From: Raja brachyura
Taxonomy: Eukaryota
NCBI GenBank assembly: GCA_963514005.1
Contig: OY740813.1
Coordinates: 22,320,001 to 22,384,000 of the forward strand
DNA length: 64,000 bases
Direction of reading: 5' to 3'
The stretch's first letter is position 1; every line of letters begins with the position of its first letter. The translations under genes were made by a program, and so were the position numbers. Below are positions 1-13,644 of the stretch, one piece after another. The notes beneath the pieces were generated by a model, which had not been told where the DNA came from, made no database searches, and worked only from the letters and a program-made list of their open reading frames with translations.

Positions 1-598
1 GGACTGGACCAGAGCTTCGGCAGTGACGGCGCGGTGCTGGATTCACCGCGGAGCGGGCGATACCTCCCTGGATCGCCGTTTGAAGCTCCAGAGCATTGGG
101 CCTGCAGCATCGACATCACGGGGCTGTGGTACGCGGTGCTCCCAGCGCAGGCGGCGCTGACCGGCATCGCGGAGTCCCTGGGACCCTTTGCCGAGGGCCG
201 CCAGCGTGAGACTCTGCCCGGTGCGGCCTGGGGACTTCGGGAGCCGCGGACTCTGGTGGGAAGTGGCCGATTTGGAGGTCCAAGCCACTGAGGTTGGCCC
301 CCCTTCCGACGTCTGAGTTCCAACATCCCGGCGAGCGGGCCTGGGCGACGGGCTGCCCGTAGCGGCAACTGCGGAGGGCTCCGGAGGCCCCGACCACGGG
401 TGAACATCAAAGGAAGAGACTGACTTTGGTGCCTTCCCTCACAGTGGGAAACGTTTGATTCTGCTGTGTGGGGATGTTTTATGTTGAACTCTATCATGTG
501 TTGTGTTCTTTATTTTATTGTATGGCTGTATGGTGACCACATTTCACTGTGCCAACTGGCACATGTGACAAATAAATGTATCTTGTATCTTGTATCTA
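1..598 (+). mobile_element. GC/CpG-rich non-autonomous retroelement with Rex1-like tail (5' end outside the window)
   Basis: GC-rich body, then ccttccctcacagtgggaa..tgtggggatgtttt, hairpin tgtgcca-ac-tggcaca, AATAAA and (gtatctt)n. Related copy at about 40625-41165. Confidence 0.65.
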
Positions 599-2436
599 GG
601 GCTGAATGCACTGATTCTATGCTTTATAACTCCATGCCCTGTGGACATCCTTTATACAGGACAGTGGAGAAACATCAAAATGCAAAAAGAAGCTTGAAAA
701 ACTGTGAACCGCAAAAGTAAAAGTTATAAAACAAAACTGATAAGCCTAGCTTGATGGATTATTAAAGTCTCTAGTTTGTAGCCTTTATGATTTCTCAGAC
801 AGAATCACGATCCCTGCATTAATCGCTTTTCCCAACAATCTGCAGTGATGACCAACTAACTCAGTGCCTTAAGGAAGCTATAAGTCCCAATGCAGCCAAG
901 CTGGGAGTCGAACCCTGCAACTTCCAGCTTGAGAAGAAAGGGCACTAAATAATGGGCCACTGAGTTTCGCCTAGGTTTAATGGTAAATTGTGGTCTCCAT
1001 CTCTATCCCCAGAGCCTATCTGCTGAATAAAAATTTACAACGATATGGAGGTATTTACTTTATTTGATTTTGAAGTCAAACTTGGACTTTGCCAATAAAC
1101 CCGCAAAATGTATTATGAAAGAAATGACACGTTATTCATGGGTGCGTATTTATGTTGGCAGGATGTGCCATCCGCTGCTCTGATATGTAAACGCCCCTGT
1201 GTCTAATCCCAGGGGCAGGCCTACAGTATGGAGAACATGGGTCGCTGAAAGGGTTAAGTTATATCTATTGAAACAGAACAGTTGTTACTGTATAATTACT
1301 TTGGCTGCCAAATTGTGGAGCTCATTGAGTGCACAATAAAGCCTATGGGGAGAATTTTTGTGAGCAATGTGTACTTTCATGTCTGTAAATGTCAAATTGT
1401 TTTTAGTGCAGTAAACCCGAAATGCTGTTAGCATTGCAGACGCTTCCTCAAAGCCGGACAATACTTCAAACAGATGGCGAGCGGGTTGCAAAATGAGGAT
1501 CCTCTGTGCAGCACAATAACTAGTTACACTTCTCACATCTAGGTGCCACATGCAGCAATGATGCCGGCAATGTCACCTTTCAAACAAAACACTGAACAAC
1601 CCAGGCTGCGCCGGAGTGTATGCCACTCTCATTTATCCGCTGTAATTTTGAAGTCAGTGTTCTACATCAAAAAGGACCTTTTCTTCAGTCGGACCTTTAA
1701 ATAACACCCTAAATCTATTCTACCCTTTCTTGTAACATTAAATAAAATCTGAAAAGGCGTCAGAACATCGATCACAAAGTGATCGGAGAAAAATTGAGTT
1801 CTTTCCCTTTCTGGTCCAACTTTGTTTTAGATCAAAGTCGACTGTTATCTCCTCCTGAATTGACACACTTTACCACCTCTGTCATGTCTCTTTGATCTAT
1901 TAATTAAGAGTACTCCAATAGCAGGTGGGCACTGACAGAGTCCAAAGCAAATTGAACACATCTTTTTTTCCTGGCAACCAAACACAATTTAGCTCGCAAT
2001 ACCAATCCATTATTCAAGAATGGAATAGAATGGGTGGAAAGACAGCAAAGCACAGGTACAAAGCAACGAGGAAAAAAGGTTACAGCGCAGAATAAAGTAA
2101 TCAATCATTTTCTCAAACAATGGTATCAATGGATTTTAAAAGAATTAAATCAGATTGCACAATTATGTCTTGCCAGAAAGACGTAGTCTTAACTTTAAGC
2201 AGAAACGGATGATATGAAGTGAAATGCAAAGGGTGCTGGTAAAAGACCAACCGTTTTCATGAAGCCTTGTCCTTATGCAGAAAAACAAAGCACTTTAATG
2301 AATAGATAACACTGACATAAAACAGAGAAATGAAGGGGAAGGGGGTAGCGGAGAGACAGAGATTGGAAAAATTGCTACATTAAATTTTGAGTTCAGTAAT
2401 AAAAGTGCACAGAAATGAGAGGTAGGTCATACTTAC

Positions 2437-2538
2437 CACATCGTTAGGAAGGCTTTGAAGATCATCAAATGGTGTTTCCAGTGTATTGTTGTCCACGTTC
2501 AGTATCACCACATCTTCTAAAGCCATGTTTCTAACTTT
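2437..2538 (-). CDS. DENND1A: DENND1A internal coding exon, 102 nt
   Basis: ttcataacAG|AAAGTTAGA...GATGTG|GTAAGT gives [41 protein letters not shown] and [14 protein letters not shown] match recalled DENND1A rather than DENND1B. Confidence 0.95.
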
Positions 2539-2621
2539 CTGTTATGAAAAATGACATTTCTATTTTGAAAAGCATGTTTCAGAAAGGTATAATTTGACAT
2601 CTAAATTCATTGATAATGAAT

Positions 2622-2955
2622 GGGCAGCACGGTGGGGCAGCGGTAGAGTTGCTGCCTTACACTGAATGCAACGCCGGAGACCCGTGTTTGATCCCCACTA
2701 CGGGTGCTGTCTGTACAGAGTTTGTACGTACGTCCCCCGTCCCCCCGTGACCTGCGTGGGTTTTCTCCAAGATCTTCGGTTTCCTCCCACGCTCCAAAAC
2801 AAGTACAGGTATGTAGGTTAATTGGCTTGGTAAATGTAACATTTTTTCCTAGTGGGTGTGGGATAGCGTTCATGTGTGGGGATCGCTGGTCGGCGCAGAC
2901 CCGGTGGGCTGAAGGGCCTGTTTCCGTGCTGTAACTCTAAACGAAATAAAAACTG
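2622..2955 (+). mobile_element. tRNA-derived HE1/V-SINE-like SINE
   Basis: A/B-box-like head (ggtggggcagcgg...gtttgatcc), central gagtttgtacg..ctccccgtgacctgcgtggg domain, CR1-type tail gggctgaagggcctgtttcc...ctctaaac. Confidence 0.88.
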
Positions 2956-5269
2956 AGCTGCTGTACGCAGGGGATTAAAGCGAACTTTCAAAGAAAGCAG
3001 GCCCAATTACACCAGGTACAGTATACTTGGTGAGATTTCAGAAAATGCTAAATCAGAAAATGCTACAGAGTAATTTATTTTGGCCAAACTGCATTTTGGA
3101 GGGATATGTTTGTAATAAATCATAGTTACACTCAAAGGATATTTTTTCAAAGTTTGTTCAAAGTTTTAAGCCCTTAAGAGGTTAACATAAACAGTTCATA
3201 GAAGCATAAAACAAATGATCTAGGTATTTTTTACATGCTGTCATTTACTTGCCATTTTATAAGTAATGTCCATCCTAAGAAAGTTATTTCAATTAATAAT
3301 GGAGAACAATTAAATGAACCAGTGCTTATACGAGCTGATCTAAGCTTGCATTAAACAACACACATTGAGTGCACAGCTAACGTTCTGACACTAATGGATA
3401 CCCATGCCCTGAATCTTACGAATGACATGCACCATGTAATCAAATTGTCCAGAGATTCCTCTCACCAAATACTAAACATATTGTTTATTACATCTATAAA
3501 TGTAGCTTACCAAGAATTTCAGACTTAATCAATAAGATCTGCTTCCCCAGTACAAACAGTGCTTTGAGTTTTTCAAAATGACACCATCATAGTTAAAATC
3601 CATGAACTTTTCAAACAAACTACAGGGGTCCTCCTTCACCAGCCTATTAAATAGAAGCAGTTAGTACTATTTGGCTTGATGATATGTCTTTTTTAAATCC
3701 TCACTCAGGTTAGGACCTTAGCACACTGCCACTTGCTATCATATTCCCAGAGTGGCTCAATACAACTCCCAGACAAATAACAATATACACAAGTGTTCTC
3801 TGAACCCTCAAACATAAGGTTCAAAATCTTCAAACAACACAGAAGCTAAATTACAATTCCTTAAACTGTCTCCCCCCCCCCCCCCCATCAAATTACCTCA
3901 GACCAAGAATACAGCAAATTATAAGTGTGTGTTACAATTACATTTAAATGCAGTTTTAAACATTTAAAATTGAAGTTTAATTTAAATCATAGTCACCATT
4001 TTTTATTCTGAATACTTGTATTGATATTTTGACTTTGTAAAATGATGTAAAGTGAATTGGGACGGACATACCTCGCTTCTAAAAGTGGCAAACACTTTTA
4101 TTTTAAACATACACCAGTACATCAATCTGGCTTCCAGAAGCAGGAAAAGCTTATGATATAAAATTTTATGATTTCATGCCCCAGCAGCAGCCAGAAGGAC
4201 TTAATGAAATCCTCTTCAGATTTACAATCTGAAGCAGCTATTCAACAGAAAGATATGGTTAGGCAGACATGTCCTTTGACCTTTAAACTCTTTGATCCCC
4301 GCTCAGCGTGTGAGCTGCTACCCCCTCCTGTGCATTTTCCACTTTCCTGCCAAACTGTTGCCTAGAGTCCAACACAGCACTGATCCTAAGCAGGTGATTT
4401 TAGGTGTATTATCATAAGCAGCTGTAACAAACTGACTGTCAAAGATCTGAAACTAACTCTACGGACTTGAAGGATGTCCAAGACCGTTTCTGGTTATTAC
4501 ACCCAATGAGGTCCAGTTTTCGTTGGTTATTTTTTAAATTAAACACATCCTGCTGACTTCTGTATGACCAGAAGGAGCATTGCTGACTAATGATGTAAAA
4601 CTGTGGTAGGTTTTACATTGTTGTATGCAAATGTTTTTTTTTAATATGTGTCTATTCACTTTAAGATATATTTATATATTAAATATAATTTATTACATAT
4701 TTATTTACTTTATACTCATTTACTCATCTTTACTTTAAGACGAGAAAAAGATGAACAAAATCCCACATTATTATGGATTAGGAATGCCCAGGGCTACAAA
4801 GCAAACAAAAAGACACAACTTCAAGATTTGGCAACATGTCATGTATTATAACAAGATGTGTGTCTGGGTTTTAATGTAGTGTGGTTGGTATTAAACTCTA
4901 GAACCTCTTTTCCAAAGCCAAATAATGTTAACTAAGTGCCATTGTTTCAAATTTAGTTTGCACTTTCTGAACATTCATCTATCAGGGATATCAGTTCATC
5001 TATTTCCCATTTTCAAAATAGATCATCCACATTTACTGATATGGGAAAGTTTTCACCTTATCCCAGAAAAGGGCAGCAAATCAATAAATGCAATGTGGTC
5101 GCATCAACATTTAAATGATAGGATATTCAATGTTGTGACACAAGTACCCATTCAGTCATATTCAGTTGAAAAGTTGAAATAGGTAAGAGTAATATAATGC
5201 ACATTGCCGACACAAAGACCCAGCTCAAAAGGCAACTCAAATATTATTTATTGTATTGGATGCAAATGT

Positions 5270-6370
5270 AGGTGGGTTGGTGAGAAGCTTGCTGATGACA
5301 CCAAAGTTGGAGGAGTTTCAGACAGTAAGGAATGCTGTCAGAGATACAGAGGTGTATCAAATCAGCTGCAGAAATGGACAGAGAAATAGGAGGGAGTTTA
5401 ACGATACGATGCAATAAAACTTTACTCATCCCCAGAGGGAAACCCGAGCAAGCGTGAGGTGTTTTACTTTAGGAGATTGAATGTAAGGAGAGAGTATACA
5501 GTTAATGGCAAGAACCTTAACAGCATTGATGTGCAATGGGATCTTGGAATCCAAGTTCATTGTTCACTGAAGGTGGCAGCCCAAGTAGATAGGGTGCTAA
5601 AGTAGGAGTAAGGAATGCTTGCCTTCATTGCTAGGGTCATTGTATATATGTTAGGATCAAGAGAGAGTTAGGTTAGCTCTTAGGGCTAAGGGAATCAAGG
5701 GATATGGGGAAAAGGCTGGAACGGGGTGCTGATTTTGGATGATCAGCCATGATCATATTGTTTGGCAGTGCTGGCTAGAAGCGCCGAATGGCCTACTTCT
5801 GCACCTATTTTCTATGTTTTTATGTTATGATGCATCTCTACAGGACTTTGTTTAGGACAGATTTGAAGTATTGAGAGGGTGCAGAGAAGGTTTACCAGAA
5901 TGCTATCTGATTTAGAGGGTTTCAACTACAGGTTGAGATTAGATAGACTTGGATTGTTTGCTCTGGAACATCAGAAATTGAGGGAAGACCTGATAGAAGC
6001 ATAAATTGGGTAGGCAGTCATCACCCTTTTTCTCCAGGGTGGAAATGTCCAACACTAGAGGGCATAGCTGTAAGGTGAGAGGTAGAAAGTTCAATGGAGA
6101 AGTGCAAGACAAGAGTTTTTACACAGAATATTGGAGTCCTGGAACACATTGCCAGGGGTGGTGGTGGAGGCAGAAACAATAGTGGCACTAAGAGGCTTTT
6201 AGATAGGCACACGGAATTGCAGGGAACAGAAGGATATGGGAATAGAGGGATATAGAGGAATAGAGGGACATGCACAGTCAGGTGAGATCAGTTTAACTTT
6301 GCATCACTTTTGGCACAATCATTGTGGGACAAAGAGCCTGTTCCTATGCCGTACTGTGCTATATTCTATA
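5270..6370 (+). mobile_element. Degraded CR1 LINE with a second CR1 tail nested at about 5660-5825
   Basis: ADDTKVGG motif and CR1-type 3' UTR; nested gggaatcaagggatatgggga...ttctatgtt tail. Confidence 0.8.
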
Positions 6371-7760
6371 TATTTATTTAACAAACAGTTGAAGATCTGG
6401 CAGAAAATGCATGAAATACACAAGTCTAGAGGATTTCATAAGTATCATTTGCTTAGGAGACTCATATGTTTAATGTACATATTTATTGCACGTACTAAGG
6501 ATGTAGATTTAGCCATAAATCTGATTTTTATTCAATATTAATTAGATTAACTTGTAAATGTATATTACTATTCAGGGCCTACTATAATATATTTTTAATA
6601 GTCAATGACGTCTTTTAAAATTATTTTATAGGTTAGAAAATCTGCAAAACTATAAAGAAGACAAACTAGGTGATGATATGAGACCCAGAACACTGTCACT
6701 TTAGAATTACTGTAATAATCTTCAACAATATATCATCTGAACTCCAATGCCATAAAACAGATGGTTGTTTGAATCTTGAAATGGTGTCATCAGGACAAAT
6801 TTATGGGAAACTGTAAATTAAGCCTTATGTTATATGTATTCTTAATGCCGTAATAAAATATGGCATAATGTAGGAATTCATTTGTGAATAAACTTACTCC
6901 TGTTGAACCTGAAGCTTCACAAGATTATAATTGAACAATTATGATTTAATGCCTGAGTAGCTCGCTCTGACTATAAAATTTCAGCTATTTAGTAACTAAT
7001 GAACTGGCTGGTGTAACAATACAAATTCAGAACGTTATATAAATATTGCAAGTTCATGCTGGAATTGCTTTAACAAATCCCTTAATTTGAAAAGACATAT
7101 TTATTAACCCATCTTTCAAGTTTATCTTTTCAAGAATGCTCTTCATCTCCATAAGTTCAAATCCATAAGGCAGCCTAACTACGATACTAATAACGGGAAT
7201 GTGTCCTGATGGTATGCTTGCCTTCATTGCTAAGGGCATTGAATATAAGAGTTAGGATGTCATGATGCAGCTCTATAAGTCTTTGTTTAGGACAGATTTG
7301 GAGTATTGCATGCAGTTCTGGTCACCCCGTTGTGGATCTGAAGAAAAACATTTAGAAGGCAATGGTGATGCTTAAAACTATATCTACAAGGGAAGAAAAA
7401 GGAAAGGGTTTTATATACTGTATATGCATCAGTGACCTTCAGGACTTTTCAAGGTACTTCACAGGAAATTAATTAGTTTTGAAAATATGGAAACTATTGG
7501 AATATAAGAAACATGTCTACCATTCACACAGACATTGGTGAGTAAATAATTTTGGCAGCACTGACTGAGTGATAAATATATGGCAGTAGAATGAGGATAA
7601 TACCTTCTTTCTCTGAAATGATGCAACATACCCTCCCGTGGCCACCAGCGAGAGCCACACAGTTCAGTGTCATCTCAAAAGGAGTAGAGCTCCAACGGTG
7701 CAGTCCATCCTCAGTGCGGCACGAGATATAGCCCTGAATTCTGCTCGTCTATGGAGTCTT

Positions 7761-8052
7761 TGGGATGGCACAGTTTTACAGCGATGGAGTTGCTACCTTA
7801 CATCCCCAGAGACCTGGGTTCGGTCCTGACCACGAGTGCTGTCTGTACAGAGTTTGTACGTTCTCCCTGTGACCCGCGTTGGTTTTCCCTGCGTGCTCCG
7901 TTATCCTCCCACGCTCCAAAAATGTAAAGGTTTGTAGGTTAATTAGCTACAGTAAAATTGTAAATTGTCCCCAGTGTGCGAGGTGATCGCTGGTCGGCAT
8001 GGACTCAGTTGGACGAAGGGCCTGTTTCCGTGCGGTACCTCTAAAGTCTAAA
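7761..8052 (+). mobile_element. HE1/V-SINE-like SINE
   Basis: Same head, central domain and tail as the 2622 copy. Confidence 0.85.
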
Positions 8053-8457
8053 GTAAGGAGTGGGGTTGTGTTGAAAGGACTGCAGCCAATGGAAACTCAG
8101 CAGAGAGCAATGAGAACTGGAAGATTTGTGCAATGTTGCAGACATTGCCGATCCGCATATGGTCATAAACCAAGCAGAATGCTGCCACTAGAGACAATGA
8201 GCATCATTGGAGACATAGCAGATTGTTTCCATGCACCAATTATGCATTAACTGCACCCAAGAAAGTGATCTCACTTTCACAGGTCACACACCTGCTGACC
8301 AAGATCTTACCTGGTCAATCAGCAAAATATATCAATTAATGCCCTGGGTAAGATCTCCAGTTGTAGTATCTAATTACATTCATCTTACAATTGAACCAAT
8401 AAGCAGTTAACATCTGTGTGCATAAACATTGGTTTAACTACTGTAGTGTACAGAGAT

Positions 8458-8730
8458 TTGTTTAGAGATTGTTGTGGAAGCAAGCCTTTCAGCTCACTGA
8501 GCCGACTAGAGATCCCCGTACACTAGCACTATCCTACACACTAGGGACAATTTACGATCTTTACCAGAACTAATCAACCTACAAACCTGTACGTCTTTGA
8601 AGTGTCCTAGCACCTGGAGAAAACCCATGCAGTCATGGGGAGAACGTACAAACTCTATACAGGCAGGGGCTGTAGTCAGGATCGAACCCGTGTCTCTTGC
8701 ACTGTAAGGCAGCAACTCTACCTCTGCGAC
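8458..8730 (-). mobile_element. HE1/V-SINE-like SINE
   Basis: Reverse complement of the same family. Confidence 0.85.
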
Positions 8731-10969
8731 CCCCCACCCCCCCCCCCGCCGCCCCTCCACAGCACCTCAACAATTGTAATTCATCCAATTTCCGGAACAG
8801 GCAAATGTTGAGGATGTTGGCTGGCAGGTGAGGGTGCTGTCAGAGTTTGAGCAGAGTTTTTTTCATGGACAGTGTTGTGCATGCTTTATTGCAATATTCT
8901 TCCTGGCGCTATGTTGGGGACGAATACCTTGGATAAAGATCATCCCACTTTGTACTTCAACAGACATACTCTCAAAATAAACGCAGCTTTTTGTGTCAAA
9001 CCTGCCATTCTCAGCCACAGCCTCAGCCCATTCATCTTCAATATATTCAGGCCTCTCATATCCTATGATAAACTGAAACATTAATCCCTTCTGAACGAAT
9101 TTACTAAAATTCAATCCGCGGCAGTTAGAACATCTTGTGGAGTCGTGGTGTGAGTTCATCAGCTACAAGTTTAACTTCCCTCAGTAATTAACATTAAAAA
9201 CATATTTCTCATGGTTGCCACATGCTGATTATTCCAAAGCCGATCTGTGCTGACACAACCTATGAACAATTAACTAGATGATGTTCACTGATGATAAGAG
9301 ACCTCTGCCTCTGTTCTTAAAACCTTAACTGAAGAAAACTGAGGAAATAGAAACACAAGAAACGGGAGATAATGGAATCTTGAGCAAAATACAAAGTACT
9401 GGAGGAACTGAAATACTGAAGTACTGGTGGGTCAAGCAGCATCTGGGGAGGGAATGGTCAGGCGAGGTTTTGGGTCAGGACCCTTGTACAGATTGATGGG
9501 GGGGGGGGGGGGTGGAAGAAAGCTAAAAAGAATGGCAAGGGTGGGATAAAGCATGCTAAGTGATAGGTGAATTATAGGTTGGGGGGGGGGGGGTTAATTG
9601 GCAGATAGGTGAAGTAAGAAACAAAGTCTAGAGGTGAAAAGGAGACAAAAGGATGTCAGATAAAGAGAGAAGAGTAAAATGTAATGGCAGAGGGAGGGAT
9701 ATGGGTGGAAGGGGATGGGGGGGGGGAGGAGAAAGTGTGGGATAAAAGGGAAATGGGGGGACTCGGGGATGGGGAATGACTATACAAAGGAAGGGGAAGG
9801 AGAAGGGTGACTGGGTGGTGGCAGGGACGTTGTTAGATGGTGGGAAAAATGGAGGAAAGGGAATTAAGGAAATAGCATGGAAATGTTTCCTTGTACAAAT
9901 GTAACCTTGTACATTTCCTTTCACTAACCTGGACATAAGATTGATAGATCAGTGGGGGAGTAAATGATCGGTGAAAACTAAGGGCCAGAAGTTAAATGTT
10001 TAGATCCTGCCTTAAGATCATCTTCAATTAAATCACAGTACACAGTCTCCTCATTTACATGTGTGCTATCGTTGCACGTTTAAAAGGACATGTTTGAGAA
10101 AAGTACATTTTCCGGCACTTTCAGGTATCATGCACAAATTTTTGTTCAGTATTCACAGCAGTAAATGCATATTTTGTTTGGCTCTTCCATTTAATAGGAG
10201 GAATACTTCTATTAAATACTACTACAAAGGAATATTGTTAAAAACATATACAACAATGTCAAATGTCCTTATTCAACAAGAATACAACTTTGTTTGTAGT
10301 TGCCTCATTTTAGCTAACATCCAGAAGGTGTGACAAGGGTCTGAAAGGGACTTCTGGAGGTTTAATATCCATGGGCCTAAGAGTTATTTTGATAGAGGTG
10401 TAGAAAATTGTTTGTGTGGTATTGCCGCCTGTCTGGCCCTTCCACCAAAGTCAATATCAAAAAGGACAAAGGCATTTTTGCTGTAAATTGCCATTTTTCA
10501 TTGTCTACATTTGTTTTACTTATTTGCGTAAGAGAAATAATCACATATCAACCAACATCATGTAAATGTATCTATTTATAGATGTTAGTTATAGTTATAA
10601 AATGGACAGCACAGCTTGTTAATCTAAACAAGGGAGGCAAAGCTGATTAAGTAGTCCTTTCCTGATTTATGATGAAAGCAAACAAAAAGATTGCCTGCAG
10701 CCAAAGAGCATGGTTTCAGATCTACAAAAATATATATTCAAGTATAATGTAAATGGCACTCAATCTATTTTTATTGCAGAAGGTACATAAGGTAGTTTCG
10801 ACGTGCATTTTTTTAGGCATCTCCATGTGCATTTAGTAAAATTATAGTGATTTATAGAATGCCTATCAAACAACGAGTAAGTTTTCACCACAGAACATAA
10901 ATAAGGTTATTTCCTTTGGATTTAAACAATAATTCCTTAAATTGAAAATAATAATTACTGTGTCTGTAA

Positions 10970-11272
10970 TTATACAGTGGTAGAATTGCTGCCTTGCCGT
11001 GCAAGAGAAATGGGTTCGATCCTGACTATGAGCGCTGTCTGTACGGAGTTTGTACGTTCTCCCCGTGGCCTGTGTGGGATTTCTCCGGATGTTCCAGTTT
11101 CCTCCCACACTCCAAAGACGCACAGGTTTGTAGGATGATTGGCTTCGGTAAAATAGTAAATTGTGCCTAGAATGTGTAGGATAGTGTTAGTGTGCGGGGA
11201 TCGCTGATCGGCACGGAATCGGTGGTCCAAAGGGCCTGTTTCCTTGCTGTATCTTTAAATTAAACTAAACTA
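10970..11272 (+). mobile_element. HE1/V-SINE-like SINE
   Basis: Same family with (ctaaa)n tail; a further copy lies at about 11728-12035(+). Confidence 0.85.
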
Positions 11273-12443
11273 AAAATAAGCACTTAATACATACTTTATA
11301 AAAATCCTCCATACTAACAAATAGATACACAATGTCTTTGATTGATATTGTTAGCCTGCAAAAATTACCTTATTTTTCTTTGTGCATTTAACACACGAAA
11401 GTAAACATTTAAACTGCAATGTAATAGCTCCCTTTAAAAAGATGAATGCTTTGAATTGGATCAGTTGAGGAAAGGACCACATTCAGGGTTGCCAAGTACG
11501 TGCAGAAATCCCAGACCTATTGATTACTCCTCAATGACAATATCACAACTGCACTCATTGTGGAGTCCAGCAGAAAAAAAGCACGTATAAAATAAATCTC
11601 CAGTATTGAAAGTGGTTAACCCAGCTGCTGAACATGCATGAGCAATGGACACTTAAAGCCAGATCCATTCATTTAAAAAGAGAGGAATGATAGCTATGAT
11701 TTTGTTTATTTTGAGTTTAAATTATGGGTGATACAGAGGTGCAGCTGGCAGAGCTGCTGCCTCACAGCCCATGACACCCGCGTTCAATCCTGACCTCGGC
11801 TGCTGTCTATGAGGAGTTTGCACATTCTCCCTACGACTGCGTGGGTTTCAGGTGGGTGCTCCAGTTTCCTCCAACACCCCCCAAAGACGTGCTGGTTTGT
11901 AGGTTATTTGTAAATTGCCCCTTGTGTGCTATCTATGGAGTGGGTGCAAAAATGGGATAACATAGAACTGGTGTGAACAGGTGATCAATGGGCGGTGTGG
12001 ACCAAAGGACCTGTTTCCATGCTCCCTCTTTCAAACTTTAAAAAAAAAAAATTTAATTTCACAAATGTTCTTGTGCTGTCATTTATTAAGTAATTTTAAC
12101 AAATTTTAATATTTCTGAATCATTTTGTGACCAGTTGTTTCTTGGGCAGGGTTTTGTTTGGCATTCCCATGTGACAACAGCTCAGCATGCAAGATCCTGA
12201 CTCGAGTGGTACCTCACCACACCAAGTGGAGCCCAGGGTGACTTGAGGGCACATGAACAACAGGAGGTGCACATAGCTTAAGGTCACACTTACCACAGTA
12301 ACGTCAAGCCCATTAAACAAGTACTTATAACTTCCACCAGCTGGGAGATTAAAATACTGTCTCAATCAAATCATTAGAAATAATAAATCATCACAGTGTA
12401 TAGGGGTTAGGTGATTAATTTAATTATAAAAGAACAAACTTAC

Positions 12444-12489
12444 CTCCATTAAACTTGAATGCACTCCTATCAGATAGGGCATTGGAGCA
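12444..12489 (-). CDS. DENND1A: DENND1A internal coding exon, 46 nt
   Basis: ttttttcctgtttgtAG|TGCTCCAATG...ATGGAG|GTAAGT gives (C)APMPYLIGVHSSLME, the DENN P-P-YLIG motif. Phases fit both neighbouring exons. Confidence 0.95.
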
Positions 12490-12647
12490 CTACAAACAGG
12501 AAAAAAGACTCCGTTAATCTTTGCAATTTCCATTTGCATTTAAACATAATGCAAACACACATGACTGTAAATACAAAAAATCTAGATGATCCAACAAAGT
12601 AGATGACATTGAATCTTAAAATGTGAAATTTAGACTCATAGTGAGAA

Positions 12648-13020
12648 GGGTGGTGCGGCCACAGAGACAATAGACAATAGGTGCAGGAGTAGTCCATTCG
12701 GCCCTTCGAGCCAGCACCGCCATTCACTGCGATCATGGCTGATAGCTGCTGCCTTACAGTGCCAGAGGCACGGGTTCCATGCTGGCAATGGGTGCTATCA
12801 GTATGGAGTTTGGACGTTCTCCCCGTGGCCACGTGGGTTTCCTCTGGGTGCTCCGGTTTCCGTCCACACTCCAAAGACGTACAGGTTTGCAGGTTAATTG
12901 GCTTTGGTAAAAATTGTTACATTGTCGTGTGGGATAGTGCAAGTGTTCGGGGATCACTGGTTTTCGCGGTCAGAGTGGGCCGAAGGGCCTGTTTCTGCGC
13001 TATATCTCTGAACTAAACTA
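12648..13020 (+). mobile_element. HE1/V-SINE-like SINE with an inverted CR1 tail (about 12663-12743) in its head
   Basis: Head ggtggtgcgg...agctgctgcc is interrupted by gacaatagacaataggtgcaggagtag.ccattcggccc...catggctgat. Confidence 0.8.
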
Positions 13021-13644
13021 AGTTAACTGCAATTCAACGGAAACAAAATCTTTCAATAGTTGTGCAGATCTTTGGAAGCTACAATTACTTTGAGTTTCAC
13101 AGCAAACAGAGGCACTCAACCATTCCATAATACAAATTATAGTTAATGTCACTACGAGTGAAATTTGACTTCTGCGGCAGACAAAAAAAGCCAAAACCAA
13201 ATCAGCAGTCTGTTTCACACATTACACCATTCTCTTTAAATTTCCACTGAAGCCAGTGATGAAGAAAATCCAGTTGTGTGTAAACTGAGCTGGCAACTTG
13301 CCATCGCCCATTTTTGCACTGCAGCCAAATTTAAATTATATCTCCATAATGTCAAAGACAAAGAACATAAGAAACAGGAGCAAAAATAGGCCGAACACAT
13401 CTTCGAACCTGCTGGTCCACTCAGTAAAATCCTGAGCAATGTTGACATCCATTCCCACCAATCCCTGCTTCCATTAGCGCCCAAAACCTATGGATTTCAC
13501 AATATATTGAAGGGTCGAGCAGACACACACGAGACTGAATGGCCGACACTTGCGTACATTGAGATGTTTTGCACTTTTACTCACGTTACTGCGTGTTTGA
13601 TAGCAGTGCTCAGAGAAGATTTCAAGCATTTAATTCAGAAATCA

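Noticed and set aside
1-410. CpG island or promoter
   Set aside because: Continuous with a retroelement-type tail, and a related copy exists at 40625.
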